Assembly: GCA_012295275.1 (NCBI GenBank)
Contig: CM022672.1
Location: forward strand, 28,458,001 to 28,522,000
Reading direction: 5' to 3'
Origin: Chrysomallon squamiferum
Lineage: Eukaryota > Animalia > Mollusca
Length of the DNA stretch: 64,000 bases
This document shows, one piece after another, positions 52,521 through 64,000 of the stretch (position 1 is the first letter of the stretch; each line of letters starts with the position of its first letter). Under the pieces are notes generated by a model that saw only the letters and a list, made by a program, of their open reading frames with translations, searched no databases and was not told where the DNA came from. The translations under genes were made by a program, and so were the position numbers.

Positions 52521-54899
52521 TTTGACTAAATAATTTTGATAGTTGAACATTGAACATAATTCTATATATATTTATATTTTATAAACAAAGCATCTTGGCG
52601 GACTTTTGTGATCGGAAAAATGGTGCGGTTGGCAAAAATCGCAGATCTGTTTGGGTTTCAAACGCAGTATTTTGAAAAATATATAAATATACCATATGCT
52701 TATTACGAATTTTATGACGTGCTAAATGTTTTATTTACATCCATCTGTAGAAAGTCGCAATATCTGCTATGGTTATGGTGTGGTACATGTTAATAAAAAT
52801 TTGTAAATATGTATTTAAAAAAAAAAAAAAAAAAAAAAATAATAATAATTTAAAAATAAATTAAAAATTAAAATAAATAAATTAAAATATCTTTAATTTT
52901 TGTCCCTCTGACAAGGGGACACCTGCGATGTAGACATTTTTGCTAGGCGACATCGGTGTTCCTATAAGACAGTTACCACTGTTTAAATTTTATGTTATAC
53001 TAGAAAAATGTTTCATCTTAACAAACAAAAAAATAGATTTGTCCACTTTAATAAACAAGCTCACAGAAGGGATTCTTCCCCCATAGGTGTGTGCTTATTG
53101 ATGGTTTCTTTTCATACAGCAACCCTTAAAAACTAATTCCTCCCACACCCCATCGTTGCTGCTATCATACATAGCTGTTTGCTTACTAATGGTTTCTTTC
53201 AACAGTTAATATTTATGTGGACATGCCTCAATCCCAGACAGATGGGTTGTTTATTATTTTCTTGCATTTCGTATCTTAATACAGGCCATAAGTACTTTTT
53301 GAAATGAGACAAAAAGCTTTTTGAAAGACACAAAATCCTCAATTCTAGCCATTTATATTTTATATTTGTTAAACAACATCTTTGTACAAGAAATCAATTT
53401 AAAAAAGAATCATCAATTTTGCTATGTGGCATTAACCTCAGTGTAGTTACCATAGATAAATATTTCGTTTTAAACCGATTCATCCAAGAATGGATTCACC
53501 TTCATAGTCAAGGACAGAGTGCTGTTAATGTGTTTGAGTGGGGTGTGTTTGGTTTACTGTTATTAATGTTTCACATTATCAAACATGTGTTATTGATTGT
53601 TGTACAATCCCACAAACCTCAGTCCACAAAATGGATATTTCCATCTTCATTCCCATGCAAAATGATGTTTGTTTTTCTTTCTGGTTTATTTCTGATACGA
53701 TAATACAAAGTAATTCCATTAATTCCCCTAAGCACATAGAGAGGTGAATTTTTATTATTTCTTTGTTTTACAGTATATTAGAAATACTGCCAAGCATACC
53801 ATGTCTTATGGTGGAACAGAGATATCTCATTCAGTCTGTTATGTTGGGAAGAATTTCTTCCTCTACCAGATCAAACCGTGAAACCTGTAGATGTTTCAGG
53901 TTAGAACAGAACCTGTTTATACTTTCAAAGCATTTGTTCAGTGTTTTTTACTTGTAAATCAACTGGGAAACAGGAGGAGTTTTCAAGACATTTTCCAAAT
54001 CTTGCAATGATTCTTCTTTACAGACATTTAAAACGTGTAATTAAGAAATTGGATTTAATTTAAACTAATAATATATACCATACCATTCATTATTAAGTAC
54101 ATAAATTATAAATCATACCATGATCTCTCTAATATCCAAGTTATATCTTTAGGGATTCGCACAATTGTCAATTCTAACATTGATTTTCTATTGGAAAATG
54201 TTTTGCGCTTACATTTTTTTCAAATCAAGTATGCGACCAGCAGTGTTTATTGTTGTGACAGTTCGGTGACGTTGATACAGTAATCTTGTTCAGGTCTCCC
54301 ATTTCTGGGTCAGACATCAGCAGATTAACACTGCTGGTATCAGTCCGACCTGAAATGGTGCTCTGTTCATGTAACTGTAAGTGGCTATTGGCACACTTAG
54401 CCCTGGCATCTTGCAACTCACCTATGTCAAAATGAAATTAAATTCCCTGAAATCTGAAAATTGACATTAAATGTCTGAAAACTTAATTTTCATAGCACTG
54501 ACAGAGAACAAAGGTTTGTTTAAAAAATAATACAGCCAACACACTTCATTCTAGACTCGTGTTTGAAACTGGTATGCAACATAACAATGTTCAAAAGTTG
54601 ATAATAGAGATATTTATTAATAAAAACAAAATCTACAAACTCTGAACCATGCATCAGTCAGTATATATACCTCAATCAATACCAGATTCAGTCTTATACT
54701 TTTCACTCCTGAAACAAATTATTTGAATTTAAATTGTAAACATTAAATTGTAATGCCATGATTTACTGAAAACTTATTATTGCTAATATACAAATCATTA
54801 CACAGCCCACTAAATAAAAATAACATTAATCTTGATTGTTTTATATATTCATTGTGTTCAAGCTGATTGCACAATTACATATAAATAAATTCATGTTCT

Positions 54900-55180
54900 G
54901 GACATTTTCTGTATTTCACAAATAAAAAAGAAATGTGTAAAATAAATCAAAAAGTAATTATATATATTTAAAAACTGATAAAGAAAAACTTTTTTTTTTT
55001 TTTGAATTCAGAAACCAGGTGTAACAATTTTACTAGATTTTATATATATATAGTAAAATGGTTACTCCTGGTTTCTAAATTATAACAAAAAGTAGGTTTT
55101 CTTTATCAATTTTTAAAATGTAACTTCTTTTCATTAATTACATCATTCCTGAGTGTGTGAAATGCACCAAATCAAACATA
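54900..55180. repeat. Long imperfect palindrome (foldback or MITE-like) centred on (TA)n at about 55045
   Basis: tttaaaaactgataaagaaaa...agaaaccaggtgtaacaattttacta mirrors tagtaaaatggttactcctggtttct...ttttctttatcaatttttaaa. Confidence 0.7.
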
Positions 55181-56715
55181 TAATAACACTCATTTATTGC
55201 AACATTTAAGTTATATATATATATAAAAAATTAGTACTGTATATCATATATAAATATATTTTTAAGGTTATTTTCAAAATTATCCAACTATAAAACATGT
55301 TTAAATTTATAAAATTAATTTAATCCATAATGTCTTAAAAATAACAATATCAGTTCCATAATGTGTAACTGTATAAATTTTCTTTCAATGAAGAATTCAT
55401 TTAGAAAAATTAAAAATTAACAGTTACCCATTTTGATAGAAACCAATTTTTTTTTTACTATATAACCGATGTAAATAGATGTACTTAAACTTGTCATGGG
55501 AATAAATTAAAAGTAATACTGCACACAATATATGTGATTGGAAACAAATCTGTACTATTTTGTAAACTGCAACTGTTGTAAATAATAAAATGAAATTTTA
55601 ACTAAACATTATCTCACAGATATTTACAAATGTGATCACTGGTGCTAACAATACAAATGAGACAACTGTTGTTAACTATTTGAGGCCAGATATTAGACTT
55701 AATTAACCTAGTACCTTAGGGTATGCAGAATCCCCAAAACAAACCCAGAATGTACAATGTTGTAGAAATGTAATAAAACATTTCAAATATTCACCAATCC
55801 ATATTTGAATGGGTTTTAAGCAAGATACTGAAAACTATTTCACAAGTATGGCCCAAGAAAAACAACAGAAAGCAATGTAATCAAACAAGGATGGATGAAT
55901 ATTTGTTTCTAATCTGGATACTTTAATGGGAAAACAGTGCATTTCATACTTGAAGATCTATTTCAGGAATTCTACACAATGAATGGCTATACCAGAGTTT
56001 GTTTCAAATGAGGAAAAAAGAAGGACTGGAAACATTCAATAGATTCAAAATGAAGTTCCTTTCCAAATGCCTAGAAATTCCTTCCTAAAAAAACCATAGT
56101 GAATATAATCAAGCTAAGCAAGCATATTTGTTAATTCCAATTTTGTAAGGTTATCTTCTTACCTTAAATAAAATATACTGGTAACAACTTAAACAAGGGA
56201 CCTTATAATAATAGAACAAAAATATACCATTAAAAAAATATGTAATATACTATCTACATTTCTTATTAATGTACAAGACTATCAACAAGTTCAGTATACA
56301 GACATAACATAAAATTCATGAAATAAAATAATAGTTTTATATCAAAATAAAACAACCTTTATCTAATATCAATTGTAGATATATAAAAGCCATACACCAA
56401 ACAATGTATCTATCTACCAGGAAAACAATTAGAACATTGTGGACAATTAAAACAAATGAAAAATAAAACAGCAGTCACTATTTACATATAGTGATAGAGA
56501 GAAAATTTAGGAAATAAATAATTCCTTTTTTTAAATAACTGAACAGAACTTGAATTCATATGCTCCACATTTGTTAATGATTTCAGGATTTTTTTCCTTC
56601 AGATATATTTATATTAAAACTTGTCAAAGTTATAAACAATAAAATAACAATTCACTGGGGAAATGCAGCAAACATGGCAGTTCAGTTCTCTTTACTTTGT
56701 TAGAACATTAATCAA

Positions 56716-56717
<2 letters not shown>

Positions 56718-56766
<49 letters not shown>

Positions 56767-56775
56767 CACACACAC
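56718..56775. repeat. (AC)n microsatellite in the probable ENT 3' UTR
   Basis: Direct reading. Confidence 0.95.
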
Positions 56776-56977
56776 TATTCAATGAATATAAAGGTAACAA
56801 TTTAAATATTTCAGAAAAGTATACATTTAAAAGCTGCGGAATATTTTTGAGTGAGGAGTAAAAAGATTACTTTGACATAAATGCCTAAATCGTATTTGAA
56901 AATAAAAATAAAAATAAAAAAAGCTATTTGTTATTGTGTGATGTTGTCTTGTATCTGTATCTTCTTTAGTATTTATT

Positions 56978-59900
56978 CTAAAAGCTTTCAATCAGACTTG
57001 CCCATCCAAGAGAGGAGTTGATTCCAGTGACTATTCCGAGTACAAGGAAAAATGCCATCATCATTCCTGCTGTTCCTGCATTCTCCGGCTCTACTTGTCT
57101 GTAACACAGAATAGTTATAAAAAAAATCAGATCTCTTTTTTTAGCAAATGCTCTGATTGTCAACAAATTAATTCATTACCATAAAATATTAATGTTGTTC
57201 AAAAAAGAATTTTAATTTAAATCAAAATAAATCAGATTTAATTGTAAAATGTTAGTTTCTTCAAAACAAATGACATTGATGATAATTTATCTTATTTTAA
57301 GTTTGTTAATCCAATTAGGCGTTTCAATTTTATTTTCAACTCAAAAGGAAAAATGCATAGTAAGAAACTGATATAAAAATATCAGGCTTTAATTTATCTT
57401 TTATTTATTGTCAAAGTAGACAAAGTGGCTTTTTAATTTTTATTAAATTATTTAAATGTAGATCTTAGTCATAGAAATGAATTCTTTATAGAACAAAAAA
57501 AGCTGATTAGTGATGAAATTTTTATAAATAACATAAAATTTTGTTGTATGGAATTCTATCTTTTTAAATCTCACTACTGATATTGTTACAGACCTGCAAG
57601 AATTCAAAATAATGTATAAAGCCTGAATTCATGCACAACCATTATACTTACTTAGGTGCATACATCATAGCCAAGCTGCTAAAATATCCACTTGTGAAAG
57701 CCATCAACACTCCACCTATGATGTAGACATAGTCATTGCTTATGAGAACAGGCAGAGTTCGATGATCTGGACGATAGTTACAGAACAGAAAGAACGGAAT
57801 AAAGATCAAACCTCGCAACAGAACTGGAATCCACAGCCAACGAGGACCAGGCTGAAAAGACCCAAGTTAATCAAAAATAATTTTTAAAATCAACAATACA
57901 TAAATTAAAGAAATGATGTCTATTTACAAATAATGTGAAATAAAGTAGAAGAGTTGGTAACTCACAACACGAATCACTTCTGTCGTAATATTTCCCACCA
58001 TTGCAAAGAAGTTGAAACTCAAAAAACAGAAAATGGCCACAAAGAATGAATCTGAGAAAAAAAACAAAAATGACAACAACATAATTTATTTCAAAATTTA
58101 AGCACAATTTTCCTATTTGTTAGAACATGAAATTAACTTAACTATCTTTTTGTTCTTTTTATCAGTTCTGTTTGGAAATTAAAATGTGCATTATATATAA
58201 TCTCACAAATGAATATGATACTGCATTAAATTTTGAATAAATTATTTAAACTTAATGCTTCACATAATTCAATATTTATATTATTTGGTAAACAAATACT
58301 GAATACTGACCATCTAGTGGGAAATTTAGTTTCACAATATCACTCTGAATGGCAGGAAATATGGCCAGGGTCACGAAGAAAACAAACCAAACACAGAATA
58401 TCAAAACCCAGATCTGCAATAAAAAAAAAATAAAAAATAAAAAATTTAGTTTGTTTTAACAGTGATGGTTCTTGCTGACATACTGATATTATCCTTCAGT
58501 ATAAAAGGAAACAAATTCAAAGTAATTTTAAAATTCATCACTCAATCAATCCACAGTTCTGGACGCTGAGATTTGTTATAACTATTTTTGGCTGTGCATT
58601 TACATGGTATTACTGATAGTCAGATGTGAAAAGATATTCATTTACATTCATTATTGCAGAAAATATATGTCACTTCAGTTATCACGAGCAACAAAACCAA
58701 AGATGGTAACAACTGATGGGACAATTACAATGACTTAACAATCTTGAATACCTGAAAGTTGGCTGGCACTTTCTAATAATCTCATAACATAATAAATTCT
58801 GAATAAAATTCCAATCCACCTTTTTGAAAACATTCCAGTATCTCTTCATAGTTTGGGAACAGGTTTCCTGGGATCGGGCTGTTCCTTCAGTCTTTAGGGC
58901 AACAAGAGCTTGAAAATGACGGTAAAATTTCTGAAAGATAAGTATTTTAAATTAATTTAATTTTTCAACTTCAACAAAAATACAAGCCTTCTAAATAACT
59001 GAGACATTCTAAGTATTATGTAATTTCTGATTTTTTACTGCAGGTGAAATGACTAGTCCAATTTCATGCTAGACAAATATTTCATATTTATTGAAAATAA
59101 TCATTTTTATTATTATTTTTATTTATTTTAAAAATATTTCTTTTTATACACATTTTTAAATATATGCACTAAAGTAACATTCGCACAGAATTTTTTAACT
59201 GTATTTACATTGTTTGAATTTCTTCATAAATAAATCCAGTGATCAGAGTAATGAGTTAACAGAACAAAAACTGACAACTCACCGTGAGAGGTAAAACATA
59301 GTAAGCATCAAAAGCTATCAGCAACACAACAATAGCAGCAACAAAATAGTATATAGCCGACGTCCGTACATTCGGGGCAACTAAAATAAAATTACAATTT
59401 AATACAGGCAGTTGTAGGAACTAAATAATTTAAAGGCTAAGTGCTTAAAACAATACAAAGCAAATAATAAAATAAGCCATTTAGTTGTAAATAATATTTA
59501 TGATACTGTAATCTAGGAGCAATTTTAATAATAAAAAAAAATGTATGCACTTTTATGTTGTTTTTATAAACCATTCAAGTAGGATATTTTTAAATTTGGA
59601 TGAATTAGAAACCAGTCATTTACCTCTATTATAAAACTGTTAATAAAATAACACTGGAGAATACCTTACCAACAAGAGAGATGATATTGATAACTGAAAC
59701 CAGCGTTCCAGAAAAATTCTGAAAAAAAAAAAAAAACACAACAAAACTCAAGTAATAATAAATAAATAAATAAATATATGAAAATGGGAAAAAAGAATGC
59801 ATAACCATACTTGCAGAATACATCATTTTAACATGCTTTTATTGTTTTCCTATGTTTAGTATTACTAACACAGTACTGATCGTTGACAGAAATATCAATG

Positions 59901-62900
59901 ACAATATTTACAAAATTCAGTTCATTTGTAAACAACAGTGGTCTTAAAACAAAATGAAAATGATAATATAGTAATGAATAAAGAAAAATAGAGAAAAATA
60001 ATATAGAAAAGAAAATGATTAAATAAACAAAATCTGTTAATAACTTACATTTCCAAAGACAATAGCATTGGTGTATTTCATGGGCAGCATGGCAGCTAAC
60101 CCATATATACTATTCTGGTAAATACCCACGGCCACTAAAATAAAAGTTTAAATCACTTTCTGATACTGTAAAGTTAGATTTTATTTTTAACAGAGGTATT
60201 AAATAATTTTTAGATTTGATTAAAAAGACATTAATAACAAAAATCTAGGGGGAATTGGACAAGGCAACAAGGGCAATGATTGACACATAGACAGTGTAGA
60301 CGCTGAAATACAAATGTTCAACAGCAACTATTAGTAAAAAAAAATGTAATATACAACAGAAAATACATTTTTTTACCTTTTAATATGATTTTACAGATTC
60401 TGTATTTAACTTTTCAGAACTTCTTATATTTTTTCTCTTGCATGATATAACAAAGATTATGCTAAAATAAAGTACATGCTTATCCACAAATAAATATGGA
60501 TAAATGTATAAACAGTAAACAGATAAAAATAAACAAGGCTTTAACTGCACTTTACCTGCACTGATGAGAGCAGATGGCATAAATGGAAGGTGTCAGGAAG
60601 TGGGAAGAAGAGGATGGATCTTATTTTGCCTAAAAGCTTTGGGCAACTCCTTCTACAGTTCTGTCATTTGACACCATAACAAATAGCTTAACTTCATTTT
60701 CATTAAAAACTGTCTATCAAGGTTCGTTTCTGCTGCAAGTTAACATGTTTCTACACTGTCACTGAAAAGGTGTGCCTGTGATTTGCTGAAGCTTTGTCGT
60801 GTAAAATGTCAGGGAGTTTTCAATGATATCACTGTATTTCCCTTTTTTCAAGAACCCAATTTTGAGAAATTAAAACTATTATCCAAAAGTTTATACATTA
60901 TTTCACAACCTACTGGCAATTTACTAAAACTACTGCTACTTCAGTGGACAACTAGAATGAAGTCATCTTTACAGACTTTCGCCAATAATATGCATGCTAA
61001 CTAAAAACTAGTGTCACCAAAATCACTGCCAATATACGAGTCAACTATCAGTATTGTTGCTGATCTTTTTGTCACCAAAAACACTGTATCACTAAAAATA
61101 ACACTATTACACTTTGGTTTTTTTTTTGTTAGTATGTATGTATTTGTGTAGGTGTGTATTTTAAAATAAATAGATTGCTATTTAGTTGATTAAAAATAGT
61201 TTTATAAATGAAAGTTGAGTTAGAGAAAAATAAAAAATAAATAAACAGTGAAAACTACTTACTGTTCAGAATGGTAACTGAAGCCATTGTAACCCAAAAG
61301 AAAATTCCTTGCCCTAAAAACAAAAATTTGTGAAAAAGATAAAAAAATAATAATAAGAATTAAAAATTAAAAAAAAAAAAAAATAATGAAATCTACCAGT
61401 TGGGAAAATGTCACTTGCAACAGCTTACAATCACTATTCCTAACAAGAATGCAATTAGAACATAGGTATATATGTTAACCATGTAAAAGTAAAGTAAGTT
61501 ATAACATAAAAATATAATACATAACTTCTTATAAAAATTAATTTAAGGGGACATGTTGTGGTTAAAACTACATTTTTTTAAATCTTATCAGATTTGGCTG
61601 AAATGTTAATATATCAGTTACACATTAGAAATGAGACATAAAAATTAAAACAAAAAATACTGAACTGTGAAGGAGCACAAATTGGGTTGATTTCACTGGA
61701 TCTCAATAACTGATGGGTCAAATTTTTCAAGTGACCTGTTAAAATGGTGTCATGGAATTCAGACGGCTACTTCAGTCACATCTGTTATTTTTTTTACTAT
61801 GGAATTGAAATTGTGTAACCAGATTTGTTACTTCAATCACACTTTTTATTTTTAAGCAATGGAATTGAAATAATGTAACTTTAATTGTAACTACAATCAT
61901 ATCCTTGCTTTTTTACCGTTTCCGCCAATTTTTCAACTCCATGGCGATGTTATAAAAGGGCTGGCATTTGGTAATTAAGCAGTGAAGGAAAAAGTCAAGG
62001 TGAAAGCTCAGTCAGGCAGGGAAACCAATGTTCTTGAATGACATTGTCTTTACAGACGAGTATGTTAAGCAATTGTCTATTCTTATTTTGATAGGGTGTA
62101 ATGTGCAGTTAACCTGTGTCAATAACATTTATTATACCCCAAAATTTTATGTTTTTATCCGATTCTTATTTTATCTTGGTTCCCTGTATGACCGTACTCA
62201 TATCCATTAATAAAAATTACTTAAATGTATGTTTTATAACTGCATAATATACTATTATCAAGTCACCTGTATATCATAATTAAATAATTAACATGAACCT
62301 TAATTTGTGTTGTGTTTATATTCCTTGTGAGGTGGCCATTAAAGCACCTTGTTACCTAGACTGAGCCTCAATAAAACATCCAAGATGTTTAAAGGTGTGA
62401 CAAATGGATGTGCATGTTAAAACAGTTTTTGTTGTTAATCTGTTTAGTGTCTTTTCTTTTTTGACAATTTTTAAAATATTGTATTTTTTAAATTGTATAC
62501 AACAAATGATAATTTAGAAACATAAAATTTTCTTAGCATAATTTGTTTTGTTTGTTTAGAAGCTATTATTCAATATTGCTCTGTTGTATCATGAGGAACA
62601 GGGTCGTTAAAAACACACTATTTAAGTACAGTGTTCACCTGCATGTTGCTTGTCAATAAAGGTTAATAATGGGAGAAAATATGTGTATTCAAATGGGAGT
62701 GATTTTTTCAATAGATTTTTAGTCACTGAACATAAATAAATAAAATAAAATAATAGTGATGTTGCAAACATGTATTTCTTTTGTTTTATATCACATTCAT
62801 TCCCAAACAGTTATCAAAAGGTAGATATCCAAAGAACATAAAAGTTTACAATTTTTTTTAAATTTATCATTTTTTTATTATTATTATTTTTTAACATCTT

Positions 62901-63874
62901 TAATGTGTGTCCCCTTCAATTAATGTATCTAAGAGATTTGTAACTGCTGAATTAGATTTCTTACATGAGGAAGAGTCAATCATAGCTAATGCAACTGTAA
63001 AAATGAAAATGGCTGTCATGGTCAACAAACTGAAAACAATACGTATGGTGGGCGTTCCGCTGCAATCAAACAAAAACAATTGATTTTATTAATATTAAAA
63101 ATACAGAAATTGGTTATATAACCATTCTTCATTCTTATTAATTTATTCAAATGAAACAAATACAAAGTCAATATTATACAGAATATGTAATTCAATATGC
63201 CAAATATATAATAATAAATTTGAATTTCACTAATTTTTAAAATCAAACTAATCTACATTAATCATCTAACAGAGTTCAGAAATCCATTACATCAAATATA
63301 ACAGTAAAAGTGTAATGCTTGTTTTAACCAAAAGTTTACTAAAAAATAATTTCTAAATTTTTATCCATTGTCCTAAGATCTGGTTTATTTCGGTGAAATA
63401 TTAAAATTCATCAAATGGAAGTTATGCATCACTTACCCTGAGCCACACTGACAGAACAGGTTGATACCACTCATCACAACATTGGGAATCTGTGAGAACA
63501 TGCCAACATAACTCATGAAATTCTTGCTGTATTCAGCTATATCTTTTGACTGTGACGTAGCATTCAGCTTGTAATCCTCAAAATACTGAATGTAGTGGAG
63601 ATGAAAAATAAATGCTGTTACAATGTTAGATTACAAACATTCATTAATACAAATACACATCCTGTTTTCAAATCTATCTATATCTTTAATAAACATCAAG
63701 AAAACAGTTTTGTTTAAACATTAAAAATTACATCACTATTAAGAGTTCAAGCACTGAAAGTACCCAAAACAAAAAAAAAACTTAAAACATACACTTTTGG
63801 CAGTGATGAACATGTTCCAAGGCATTAGAATTCCAATTCCATGAATAACCATGATGATGTAGACCAAATGCCAC
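56978..63874 (-). CDS. Equilibrative nucleoside transporter (SLC29 family, ENT1/ENT3-like); N-terminus lies beyond the window end
   Basis: Exons 63874-63793, 63585-63437, 63059-62965, 61313-61263, 60134-60049, 59718-59670, 59380-59283, 58930-58820, 58413-58311, 58051-57966, 57851-57652 and 57098-56978 are phase-consistent. Motifs: HGIGILMPWNMFITA, GIYQNSIYGLAAMLPMKYTNAIVFGNNFSG, FFVTLAIFPA, FLFCNYRP, FTSGYFSSLAMMYAP, AGMMMAFFLVLGI. Confidence 0.93.
61547..62914. mobile_element. Non-autonomous Kolobok-like DNA transposon (copy 2), possibly with a nested ~225-bp MITE at about 61735-61960
   Basis: Termini TTAA|GGGGACA and TGTCCCC|TTCA. The left ~150 bp is homologous to 974-1150. Confidence 0.55.
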
Positions 63875-64000
63875 CTGTAAAAGATTTCATAATTAATTAA
63901 CTTTTTTATTCACATGCATAATTATTAATTTTTTTATACACCATAACTAATATACTTATTTATGTTGTTTTGATGAATTTACTTATACCCTAACAAGCTG

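Noticed and set aside
53400-54450. Coding-like, less AT-rich stretch with several short ORFs
   Set aside because: The frames I translated are interrupted by stops, and I found no recognisable motif or consistent splice chain. It may be an old pseudogene or transposon but cannot be assigned.

Overview
AT-rich animal genomic DNA with spliceosomal introns. It is lophotrochozoan, most likely a mollusc (inferred from gene content). From left to right: (1) the 5' five exons of UBR4 on the minus strand; (2) a hAT transposase fossil; (3) two convergent intronless ORFs that share an unnamed 56-aa C-terminal domain; (4) a 9-exon gene for a secreted protein of about 907 aa with a lysozyme-like ES...GGIWQ domain, two VWA domains and three 4-Cys chitin-binding-like repeats; (5) a complete 39-exon complement C3 gene (about 1805 aa) lying tail-to-tail with gene 4, with thioester GCGEQ, catalytic His, an alpha-gamma insert, a Lys-rich C-terminal tail and two GC-AG introns; (6) an I-clade LINE fossil and a possible small spliced gene; (7) most of an equilibrative nucleoside transporter gene on the minus strand. 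Introns carry MITEs, decayed hAT and RTE elements and a 61/70-bp minisatellite. The best novelty candidates are the lysozyme-like/VWA/chitin-binding gene beside C3, the cationic C3 tail and the twin orphan paralogs. All exon models were built by hand from splice sites and reading-frame continuity. Family assignments come from recalled motifs; no database searches were run.
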